The notes under the pieces: generated by a model | What the model was told of the DNA's origin: nothing | The model's input: the letters and a program-made list of their open reading frames with translations, nothing else | Databases searched by the model: none | IMG/VR virus record: IMGVR_UViG_3300045988_004821 | From: a virus | Taxonomy: Duplodnaviria; Heunggongvirae; Uroviricota; Caudoviricetes | Direction: 5' to 3' (one strand) | Length of the DNA: 64,000 nt | Part shown: positions 18,381-26,989 of the stretch, piece by piece | Layout of the letters: each line of letters begins with the position of its first letter | How positions within the stretch are numbered: position 1 is the first letter of the stretch | Position numbers and translations under genes: made by a program

Positions 18381-18748
18381 AGTGGCTAGAGGAAGCTTTT
18401 AAAAATAATATTGGTGCAATTGTAGTTGGTATTTTTAGTGTTATTGGGATGTATACCACCATGCAAGTTTCGGATGGTAAGCAAGAAGTGTCTGTCACAA
18501 CAAAGTTACAGCAGCTAGATAATTACAGCAAAGCTAATTACTCAGCTATTCGTGATTTACAGTCTGACATGAGACTGATTCAGCTAGGGATGGAGAACCA
18601 GAAAGTTCAGTTAGAGAATGTTAAGGGCGAGAACGCAAAACTTACTAAAACCCTTGATAAATTCTCTGACAGCGTGAACAATCTGGCTCAATCAGTATCA
18701 GCCTTGCAAGCTATTACTGAAAAGAACACAAAGAATACTGAAAAATAA
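18377..18748 (+). CDS. hypothetical membrane-anchored coiled-coil protein
   Basis: N-terminal hydrophobic helix (IGAIVVGIFSVIGMY), then coiled-coil-like region; followed by strong terminator. Confidence 0.35.
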   Translation: MKWLEEAFKNNIGAIVVGIFSVIGMYTTMQVSDGKQEVSVTTKLQQLDNYSKANYSAIRDLQSDMRLIQLGMENQKVQLENVKGENAKLTKTLDKFSDSVNNLAQSVSALQAITEKNTKNTEK

Positions 18749-18753
18749 AATTT

Positions 18754-18786
18754 AAGGCTCCTTTTTTACGGGAGCCTTTTTTGTTT
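18754..18786. terminator. bidirectional terminator between converging + and - gene blocks
   Basis: AAGGCTCC / GGAGCCTT stem with T-rich loop, T-run on + strand and A/T run on - strand. Confidence 0.6.
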
Positions 18787-19686
18787 TTACTTGCCTACTG
18801 ACAGAGGTGCTTCAATCTTTCCTGCATGTTGGTAGTTGTTAATGCCACCAATAAAATCACTTGCAGTAAGATGTTTCAGGTCACTTAAAGTATTAAGTGG
18901 TAGACCAATCTCAAAAGTTGGTGCATGGAACTCTTCATTGTTCAGTAGTTCATAAACCTGTTTCATGTGGTTCTGATAAATCTGAGTATCTCCAAAGACA
19001 CCTATCAAGTACCGTGGAGTGTATCCAGTCATCTTACAAAGAACTTCCAGAATAAAACCATAAGATGCAATATTAAACGGGAGTCCTAAAAAGGTGTCTA
19101 CTGAACGCTGATACCATTGTAAGTCAACTTCACCCTCGTTAGTGATATAAATCTGAAACAGAACATGACAAGGTGCTAAAGCCATTGAGTTTGCTGCAAT
19201 ATCTGCTGCATTCCAAGCATTAACAAGCATGTAACGGTCTGTGATATCACCCTTCATCTTCGTTACTAAGGTCTCTAGTTGGTCTACAACACAACCATTA
19301 TGACCTTCAAAGTTTCTCCACTGAACCCCATAAATCCTTCCACCTGCATCATCTAACCAATCTTGTTCAGAAGAATAATTAGAGCTTAACCAGCGTTTAA
19401 AATCATCTGACCAGATAGTCCAGCGTTCTCCGTCATTTTCACCCCAAGTACGGTAACGAAGTTCGCCCAACTTATTCTCGCCATTCAGGAACCATAAAGC
19501 CTCCCCAATAACTTGCCGTGTAAACACCTGTTTAGATGTTAAGAGTGGGAAACCAGTTCGCATATCAAAGCGAAACTTAGGTGGAGCAAATGCAGAGATA
19601 ACATCTCCAGTTCGTGTAGTACGCAGTTCACCAACTGATAAAACATGGTTCAGGATATTTTTGTAACTTGTATCTGCTTGTGACAT
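18787..19686 (-). CDS. thyA: thymidylate synthase
   Basis: Motifs as in ThyA: catalytic-site ALAPCH, QWYQRSVDTFLGLPFNIASY; SD AGGA upstream. Confidence 0.85.
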   Translation of the reverse strand: MSQADTSYKNILNHVLSVGELRTTRTGDVISAFAPPKFRFDMRTGFPLLTSKQVFTRQVIGEALWFLNGENKLGELRYRTWGENDGERWTIWSDDFKRWLSSNYSSEQDWLDDAGGRIYGVQWRNFEGHNGCVVDQLETLVTKMKGDITDRYMLVNAWNAADIAANSMALAPCHVLFQIYITNEGEVDLQWYQRSVDTFLGLPFNIASYGFILEVLCKMTGYTPRYLIGVFGDTQIYQNHMKQVYELLNNEEFHAPTFEIGLPLNTLSDLKHLTASDFIGGINNYQHAGKIEAPLSVGK

Positions 19687-19687
19687 A

Positions 19688-20233
19688 TCAAAAGTGTCCT
19701 TTCACTTGTGGAACATAAATTTCAAAAGTTGCTTTACCATCCTCTGATGGTTTTGACTGTACCTTTGTAAATACACGGTTATCATACAGCTTCTCAAAGA
19801 AGTTTTCAAAAGGTAAATGCACAGTGGCCTCTTCAGTAACTTTATGGAAAACTGTATGGAAAACTACACCAGCATACGGTAAAGCATTGACAAGGACACC
19901 TGCACCACCAATTACAAAGACATCTTCATCAATAGAGCTATCAAGATACTTCAAAAATGCTCCAAAGGATTCTTTGCTGGCCTTAGCATACATTACCTCA
20001 TCTTTGCCAAAGTCTATGCCTAAGTATGGTACAGAATTTGTTAAGATGAGGTTTGCACGTTCTGGTAAAGGTTTACTACCCAGAGTCTTAAAAGTCTCAT
20101 TACCCATGACTACTAAGTTATTTTTAGTGAGTCTCTTAAACTCTTGCATGTCCTGTTTATGTCGAGGCCACGGCATACCAGTTGGAGTACCAAATTCACC
20201 GTTTTCACCACTTGCAAATATTAGCTTAATCAT
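19688..20233 (-). CDS. folA: dihydrofolate reductase
   Basis: N-terminal MIKLIFA...GMPW and VVMG..TF..L pattern typical of DHFR; adjacent to thymidylate synthase. Confidence 0.75.
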   Translation of the reverse strand: MIKLIFASGENGEFGTPTGMPWPRHKQDMQEFKRLTKNNLVVMGNETFKTLGSKPLPERANLILTNSVPYLGIDFGKDEVMYAKASKESFGAFLKYLDSSIDEDVFVIGGAGVLVNALPYAGVVFHTVFHKVTEEATVHLPFENFFEKLYDNRVFTKVQSKPSEDGKATFEIYVPQVKGHF

Positions 20234-20490
20234 TTTGTAAACCCTTTCTTAATGAACCAGTTGATGACACTCTTCACAGCTTTATTGCTATGGTAGACTA
20301 AGTGTGGTGTAGGTTGGTATGAACCATAAGCCCAGAAAGCAATGATTTCATTACATCCTGTACACCTTGTACTCTCTTCAGCAATATGACCGTTGACTAT
20401 TTCACTTACCTCACCTTGTAAGTCTGTACACCCACAATGTGGACATCGGATAGGTGTTCCATCAGACTCATAGCAGTGTTCAATTTTCAT
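20230..20490 (-). CDS. small zinc-ribbon protein
   Basis: Paired Cys motifs CPHCGC ... CTGC. Confidence 0.35.
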   Translation of the reverse strand: MKIEHCYESDGTPIRCPHCGCTDLQGEVSEIVNGHIAEESTRCTGCNEIIAFWAYGSYQPTPHLVYHSNKAVKSVINWFIKKGFTK

Positions 20491-21006
20491 CTATTTAACC
20501 TCAAAAACTGGCTCAAGAACCAATATAAAGTCTACACAGTCATCTTCTTCATCCAGAATACCATCAAAGTTCTTAGGAACGAAGTCGAAGAGGCTCATCA
20601 CAAAGCAGTCAGAAGTGACCCTGATAGTTCCTCCCATGTTCTCTACAGTTAACACTGTACGACTTTCTTTTACCTCCCTCAGAAGATTACCCACAAAGTC
20701 ATCTAAGAAGTACTTCATCAGTGACTTAAAACCTTTAGGATAATCTGTACCAGAGTATGTTTCAATCTGAGGCACAAGCTTAACATTTATACTAGTCTTT
20801 GTTAAGAACGTGTTAGAGAACATACTATCAGGTAACTTACAAACACTCTTTCCAGTACCTTCATGTTCAATCTCAACAAAACCAGCTTCGTCGCCACATG
20901 TAACTATTTTAAAAGATGCTTCATTCTCATACTGTGAAGCCATAAACTTTTTAAGCATCTCTTTAAGGAAATCTGCATGAGCATCTTGTAAGTAGATATC
21001 AATCAT
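20491..21006 (-). CDS. hypothetical protein
   Basis: 171-aa ORF co-oriented in - strand block. Confidence 0.35.
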   Translation of the reverse strand: MIDIYLQDAHADFLKEMLKKFMASQYENEASFKIVTCGDEAGFVEIEHEGTGKSVCKLPDSMFSNTFLTKTSINVKLVPQIETYSGTDYPKGFKSLMKYFLDDFVGNLLREVKESRTVLTVENMGGTIRVTSDCFVMSLFDFVPKNFDGILDEEDDCVDFILVLEPVFEVK

Positions 21007-21019
21007 AGTTAATCACCTA

Positions 21020-21379
21020 TTATGGGAACAAACACTTAATGTCATCGTTTTTGAAAACGAAACTTGTGTAGTTATGACCATCAACATCCAACCAAACAGC
21101 CTGAACATCTACACCATCAAGATTCTGGTAAAGCTCTTTGATGAAGTGGTCTTTCACAATCTGGCTACTAGTGGTTTCCAGCTTGATGTTTGAGATTGCT
21201 GAACCTACAGCCATATAGCCCATGACACGTTTCTTCTCAGTATGCTTAATCTTACCATCTTTGTAAGCCATAATGAGATTGGAGAGAATCTTCACACCAT
21301 AATACTTTTCAAGGTGAGTGGGTACGCCATAAAAGCCTAATGCGAAGTTTTCAGAGTGGATAATGTTTTCACGTTTCAT
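21020..21379 (-). CDS. hypothetical protein
   Basis: 119-aa ORF co-oriented in - strand block. Confidence 0.35.
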   Translation of the reverse strand: MKRENIIHSENFALGFYGVPTHLEKYYGVKILSNLIMAYKDGKIKHTEKKRVMGYMAVGSAISNIKLETTSSQIVKDHFIKELYQNLDGVDVQAVWLDVDGHNYTSFVFKNDDIKCLFP

Positions 21380-21380
21380 A

Positions 21381-21710
21381 TTAATCTGCCAACCTTAAAT
21401 TGAAATTAACACCAAATTTTTCACATACTTCCAACATATACTCAAGGGAAACATTACCAGTGAGGTGGATTATGTTGGATACACGAGCCTGAGAGATACC
21501 ACAAATTTTAGCAACTTGCTCTTGAGAAAGACCTCTGGATTTAATCTCTCTCTTAAAACGATGTGCAACGAAGTCTCTCATTTCGTCTACATCCATTGGA
21601 CAAATATAACTCTCCATTTCAGCCTCTCTATCAGCCTCCCAATCATCTTGTGGGGCATAAGGGTCAAAAACCTCATTCATCTTTCTTCTTCCGTTTGCGT
21701 GAAGTGTCAA
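21381..21710 (-). CDS. helix-turn-helix DNA-binding protein (XRE-like)
   Basis: Motif LSQEQVAKICGISQARVSNI typical of Cro/C1-type HTH. Confidence 0.45.
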   Translation of the reverse strand: MTLHANGRRKMNEVFDPYAPQDDWEADREAEMESYICPMDVDEMRDFVAHRFKREIKSRGLSQEQVAKICGISQARVSNIIHLTGNVSLEYMLEVCEKFGVNFNLRLAD

Positions 21711-21885
21711 TCAATGAATCTATGTTTGTAGCCCTAACCTTTTCACGTTCATCATTAAGATAATCATCAAGAGCCTTTTCAATCTGTGAATCATCTTGAC
21801 AGATGACTGTAAAGACTGTAAAGCCGTCTGTATCGTCAATTATCTTACCATAACCGCTTCTGGGATGTAACTTTTTAAGAGCCAT
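21673..21885 (-). CDS. hypothetical small protein
   Basis: 70-aa ORF, co-oriented. Confidence 0.25.
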   Translation of the reverse strand: MALKKLHPRSGYGKIIDDTDGFTVFTVICQDDSQIEKALDDYLNDEREKVRATNIDSLIDTSRKRKKKDE

Positions 21886-21886
21886 A

Positions 21887-22270
21887 TCAAATACCTGTGC
21901 AGCTTCTGTTTTCTAAGAAATACTCAACACCATACATAGCTTTTTGCATCAAATCTTCTTTAAACTGAATACGATGATTGAGCATAGCCTGTACATCAAT
22001 ATCATTAGGGTGCTTCTCTTTAATGTTTGCAGATTGCAGGAAATACTCTGCAAGAACACGATATTGGTAGTCAGTTACCTTATCAGTCATCTCTGTCAAA
22101 GACTCTTCAGAGATTGGTTTAAGTAGCTCACCATTCGCTAGAGCAACACCTTTAACAATCTGGCAAGTGTCTTCTGGAACACCTGATAAGTCCACATTTG
22201 GAAGTTCTGTTGCATTGACTGGTAAATTCATTGCCATAACCATTGCAGCAGCTAATAAAATCTTTTTCAT
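21887..22270 (-). CDS. secreted/periplasmic protein with signal peptide
   Basis: N-terminus MKKILLAAAMVMAMNLPVNA looks like a cleavable Sec signal; sigma70-like promoter upstream. Confidence 0.4.
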   Translation of the reverse strand: MKKILLAAAMVMAMNLPVNATELPNVDLSGVPEDTCQIVKGVALANGELLKPISEESLTEMTDKVTDYQYRVLAEYFLQSANIKEKHPNDIDVQAMLNHRIQFKEDLMQKAMYGVEYFLENRSCTGI

Positions 22271-22314
22271 AATGACCTCAAAGTTATATTAAATTTTGTA
22301 TTACATTGAGTATA

Positions 22315-22343
22315 AAAATAAGCTATAACACCTGACTTGTCAA
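22315..22343 (-). promoter_or_regulatory. sigma70-like promoter for secreted-protein gene, inside an 8-bp inverted repeat
   Basis: On - strand TTGACA-17-TATTTT; flanked by AGCTATAA / TTATAGCT at about 22321-22357. Confidence 0.3.
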
Positions 22344-22380
22344 CAGACTTTATAGCTTATTTGGCAGATTTTTTATAAGG

Positions 22381-22740
22381 TTACTGCCATCCTTCCATAC
22401 CTTACCTTACCACACCTAACCATACCTAACCAAACTACACCATACAATACCTTATTAAAAGACCCTCTTAAAGACCTTTTAAAAAGGTAAGTCTCATTTT
22501 AATGTAGCTGAGACTAACTACCCATACCTCACCCTACCAGACCCTACCAGACCAGACCTTACCCTACCAGACCCTACCGAACATCACTTAAAAACCCTCT
22601 TAGAAGACTCTTAAGTGATGTAATCGAATTTTAATGTAGCTCCGATTAACTACCCATACCTCACCTCACCCAACCATACCATGCCTTGCCAGACCGCACC
22701 TTACCTCATTAAAAGACCCTCTTAAAAGACCTTTTAAAAA
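22381..22740. repeat. structured non-coding repeat region A (CA-rich tracts, iterons, two covarying hairpin families)
   Basis: H1 hairpins about 22455-22482, 22582-22620, 22709-22737; H2 hairpins about 22490-22515, 22621-22648; no ORF. Confidence 0.6.
22521..22580. repeat. iteron-like direct repeats (ACCCTACCAG x4)
   Basis: 10-bp units at about 22531, 22541, 22561, 22571 with ACCAGACCTT between. Confidence 0.6.
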
Positions 22741-22758
22741 GGAGCCTCCGAAGAGGCT
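22736..22758 (-). terminator. rho-independent terminator after gene 22770-23210
   Basis: On - strand AGCCTC-UUCG-GAGGCT followed by TTTTT. Confidence 0.55.
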
Positions 22759-22769
22759 ACCTAGTCAAC

Positions 22770-23210
22770 TTAGAAAGGTTTTCTACGTTGCTTGTTAATG
22801 TTAGCTTTCATAGCAGCTAAATGGTTTTGCTGTTCAATCAGTCGTGAACGTTCTTGATGACTAAGCGCCATAGTGTTCACATTCTCAATTGCTTGAGTGG
22901 CTTGCTTTAAAGCTCGACCAATCTTACCAGACATTTTGCGTTTTGCAATAGTTGCTTGATGCTTAGGTTCAACCACACGATAACCAACACCCATTGAAGC
23001 AACCAGATAAATCTTCTCTTCTTTAAGAAGCTTTTCAATAAACTTCTCAAGTCGGTTTAGACGTGTAAGTGCATAAGCCTTCATTTCATCTTCGTACTTA
23101 ACAATGTCACCTTGATAAGTTGGCTTCACAATACCTAAGAAGGTGTCCATCTCGGAATGTGATACAGTGTCGCCGTAACTAAACTTTGCTGCTAATGCTT
23201 TTGTATTCAT
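22770..23210 (-). CDS. hypothetical protein (repeat-flanked module, gene 2)
   Basis: 146-aa ORF; followed on - strand by UUCG-loop terminator. Confidence 0.4.
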   Translation of the reverse strand: MNTKALAAKFSYGDTVSHSEMDTFLGIVKPTYQGDIVKYEDEMKAYALTRLNRLEKFIEKLLKEEKIYLVASMGVGYRVVEPKHQATIAKRKMSGKIGRALKQATQAIENVNTMALSHQERSRLIEQQNHLAAMKANINKQRRKPF

Positions 23211-23212
23211 AA

Positions 23213-23818
<606 letters not shown>

Positions 23819-23841
23819 TTAGTTGATTGTTAAATTGTTTG

Positions 23842-24187
23842 TAAAGAACCCTCAACAGAAGACTCTTTAGAAACTTGGTAGATTTTTAACGTGGCTACTA
23901 CCATCCACCCATACCATGCCACACCACACCGGACCTTACCTAACCCGACCTTACCATACCTGACCTAACCCTACCATACCTTATTAAAAGACCCTGTTTA
24001 AAGACCTTTTAAAAAGGTAAGTCTCATTTTTATGTAGCTGAGACTAACTACCCACACCAAACCATAGCATACATCGCATTACCGGACAGAACCATACTTT
24101 ACCAAACATCACTTAAAAACCCTCTTAGAAGACTCTTAAGTGATGCTGGTGAGTACCCGTTGGTTTATGCTGCTCAGTATACTCACC
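23842..24187. repeat. structured non-coding repeat region B (paralogous to region A)
   Basis: H1 hairpins about 23842-23869, 23984-24012, 24107-24145; H2 about 24020-24045; extra hairpin GGTGAGTA...TACTCACC 24148-24187. Confidence 0.6.
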
Positions 24188-24199
24188 AAATTTTCTATG

Positions 24200-24388
24200 T
24201 CAACAACTTTCTAATAAAGTTTTATGAAGATTTTGCTTAACGACCCGCCTAACATGCCTATGCTCTTTCTTAATAAAGAGTGACCTCTTCTTGATAGAGC
24301 GCCTATTCTTGTAAGTGTTGCTAGGATACTTATCATGAACCGGACAACAACTCCCCGGTTTTACAAACTTGATAATCTCTCTTTTCAC
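24200..24388 (-). CDS. hypothetical small basic protein
   Basis: 62-aa Lys/Arg-rich ORF directly downstream of ligase gene. Confidence 0.25.
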   Translation of the reverse strand: MKREIIKFVKPGSCCPVHDKYPSNTYKNRRSIKKRSLFIKKEHRHVRRVVKQNLHKTLLESC

Positions 24389-25487
24389 TATTCATAATCC
24401 CTAATAACGAGACCAACAGGGAACTGTAAAGAACCCTTACGAGTCATCTTCTGGAACTGAACCGTTAAAGGCTTCCCGATAAACTCTTCAGGGTGCTCAG
24501 CAAGATACTGTTTCTTCTCGTGTGTAGTTTTCCATGAGACATCTACAAAGACGTTAGGAAGAGTCTCTACAACGAACTTGCCATGACCACGTTTATCGGT
24601 CTTTACACCAGTCACTTTAAACTCTTCAGTGTGCATCTTCTTATGCTTAATCAAGAAGTATGAACGGTGACAACACTCATAGAAGGAGTCTTTAGAGATT
24701 GAACGGTACATTGCACCTTCAAACTTAGCTTCAACCCACTTATCATGGGCTTCATCAAACTCTTCCCAAGAATTTACACGGATAGTCTGTACAGGAACCA
24801 CTCTACAGGTATCCCCAAGCTGAACGATAGGTGAACTATCAATAACTTCACGACGCTCAGGCCAAGATTTTGAATTGTCACAGATATCATACCAGTAGAA
24901 TTTAAGAAGGTGACGGTCTGGATTGTCAGCATTCTTAATCATGGATACAATATCTTCTAAGTCCCAACCATGAGCATAAATCTCTCCATCAAAGTCTTCA
25001 ACTTGTGGATGTAATTTAAGCAACAAAAGCAAATCTGGAATTAGTTCTGCTGGAACGTTGTAAACAGTATTCTCACGAGAATAAGCCGTGAAGCTAACTG
25101 AATCATCATCTCTTGAAATTCTACAACGGACACCATCAAGTTTTGGTTGAGCATCAGCAGGGAACTTCAGATACTTTGCATGGCTAACCTTTGCAGCATC
25201 ATGAGCAAGCTGTACACCTACCTTCTCAGTATTCTGTGCAGATTCTTTTGTGTAAGCATAACCTTTACGGTCAACTTGCTTTTTATACTTAGCAGTAACT
25301 TCAAAGAGAGCTTGCTGTTCAGCGTTACGCTCATTCTTTTTACCGATGTTCTTAGGCTCTGCTGTATACTCTTCAAACATCATCTTGCCATTCTCTTTAC
25401 CATAGGTTGTAATAACTTTGTCACCTACAGCAACACATGACCAGACGTTGAAGGAACCATCTTTATTTTGTTTGTACAGAATTGTCA
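24388..25487 (-). CDS. ATP-dependent DNA ligase
   Basis: Adenylation motif KLDGVRC (KxDG); size matches T7-type ligases; start set at MTILYK with SD GAGG (track start 25524). Confidence 0.8.
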
Positions 25488-25681
25488 TTTTTAACCTCTG
25501 AGTGATACCAAGTATTGCAAGCATTACATGCGTAAAGCTCTAAGTCATTTTTATCTGGTTTGTGGAAACAGTTTGACCCACAACGACACCGGAATAGCTT
25601 ACCATCAACACGAAGAATGAATGTTTCAAGCTCACCATCTTCTGTAAGAACTGCGTTCTTAAATTTATCTTCTACAGTCAT
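25463..25681 (-). CDS. small zinc-finger protein
   Basis: Cys clusters CRCGSNC ... CNAC. Confidence 0.3.
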   Translation of the reverse strand: MTVEDKFKNAVLTEDGELETFILRVDGKLFRCRCGSNCFHKPDKNDLELYACNACNTWYHSEVKNDNSVQTK

Positions 25682-25884
25682 TTTCTCTTACCACCAATCT
25701 CTACGTCGATAACTTGAACATCGCCAGCAACATCAAACTTATGAATGATGCTTTCCACAGTGTAAGTCCAACCCTCAATGCGAACCAACTCACCTTCTCG
25801 TGGGACGATTGGATTACGTTGAGCTACGGTTGTAGTGGAGTGAACAACATCATAACAATAGATATAGTTTACTAGGACTTCCAT
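25678..25884 (-). CDS. hypothetical small protein
   Basis: Start moved to internal Met with SD GAGGT to avoid overlap with lipoprotein gene (track start 25983). Confidence 0.3.
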   Translation of the reverse strand: MEVLVNYIYCYDVVHSTTTVAQRNPIVPREGELVRIEGWTYTVESIIHKFDVAGDVQVIDVEIGGKRK

Positions 25885-25894
25885 CGTGAAAACC

Positions 25895-26131
25895 TCACTC
25901 AATAACCGTAGTGTGTGATTGACCATTTTTTCCATAACTATAAGATGTTGTTGTTTGAGAGTTTGGACATCTGACAACAACAATATCTCTGCTTATGGCA
26001 TCACCATGCAACTTATAGACTTTACAATCTTGCATCTCTGGTGGGAGACTATAAGAAGCATTTTTATCTTCATAAGAAGGGTTGCAGCCAGCTAGAAAAA
26101 TAACACCAAGCACAATTACTGGTTTCCACAT
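25895..26131 (-). CDS. putative lipoprotein
   Basis: N-terminus MWKPVIVLGVIFLAGCN has signal peptide with lipobox LAGC. Confidence 0.45.
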   Translation of the reverse strand: MWKPVIVLGVIFLAGCNPSYEDKNASYSLPPEMQDCKVYKLHGDAISRDIVVVRCPNSQTTTSYSYGKNGQSHTTVIE

Positions 26132-26288
26132 AATACTTCTCCTGTCTGTTGTTCACGATACTCAAGCTCTCTGAAAGTTTTGTAGTAATGAGCTTTGTAG
26201 TACGCTATCTCATTACTTTTTACGTTTGTTTTTAGTAGGTTCCAATCAGAGTCTTTACCCATCCTTCCCCAGAGACTATACAACCTAT

Positions 26289-26522
26289 TCATAACAATTC
26301 CAAAATATCAATACGTTCACCCTTAAGAACACCTGTGCGGTCTCTTGCAATCTTACCGTCAACAATAAGGATATGCACACTCCTTAAAGTGTCCCGATTA
26401 AAACCTTTTACGAACTTACAAGGCATTACCACAATAGACATCTCCTGAATCAACTCTGGAGTATAGCAATTGTCGTGAAGTTGCTGAATAACGTCTGCAA
26501 GTGTCATTTTTGATGTCTCCAA
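26289..26522 (-). CDS. hypothetical small protein, paralog of 26710-26928
   Basis: Shares ...VDGKIARDRTGVLKGERIDILELL with ...AGGKIAKDKTGYLKGERVNIESLL of the paralog. Confidence 0.4.
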   Translation of the reverse strand: METSKMTLADVIQQLHDNCYTPELIQEMSIVVMPCKFVKGFNRDTLRSVHILIVDGKIARDRTGVLKGERIDILELL

Positions 26523-26713
26523 TACTCAATATCAATAAGTTCTTGTGCAATGCTTTTCAGATTGCCTTTCAAGAAAACCTTCTCAGAACCTGAAAGAGAT
26601 GAATTGTCAATTAACCTGTTCATTCTCTCAAACAACTTCTGCTTACGATTCTTGATAGTTTCCTTTGAAGCACCTTTCATCATCGCTGCATGGGTTCTTC
26701 CACGGTGGCTCAT
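26504..26713 (-). CDS. hypothetical small basic protein
   Basis: 69-aa ORF between the two paralogs. Confidence 0.3.
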   Translation of the reverse strand: MSHRGRTHAAMMKGASKETIKNRKQKLFERMNRLIDNSSLSGSEKVFLKGNLKSIAQELIDIEYWRHQK

Positions 26714-26928
26714 AGTAAACTCTCAATATTTACACGCTCACCTTTCAAGTATCCTGTCTTATCTTTTGCGATTTTGCCTCCAGCGATAAAGATATCTACT
26801 CTACGTAGAACTTCAGGGTTTACCTTCAAATTCCTACAGCTACTGCAAAGAACAATAAACAGCCCTTCAATCTCTTTTTGAGAGTAACCAGCACATTGCA
26901 ACTGGACTTCAATTTCTGAAAGTGTCAT
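26710..26928 (-). CDS. hypothetical small protein, paralog of 26289-26522
   Basis: Conserved C-terminal block shared with 26289-26522. Confidence 0.4.
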   Translation of the reverse strand: MTLSEIEVQLQCAGYSQKEIEGLFIVLCSSCRNLKVNPEVLRRVDIFIAGGKIAKDKTGYLKGERVNIESLL

Positions 26929-26989
26929 GTGACCTCCTATACAAGATACAGTATAAGGTACTCTTCCATGAGCACCTTGTCAATACTAA

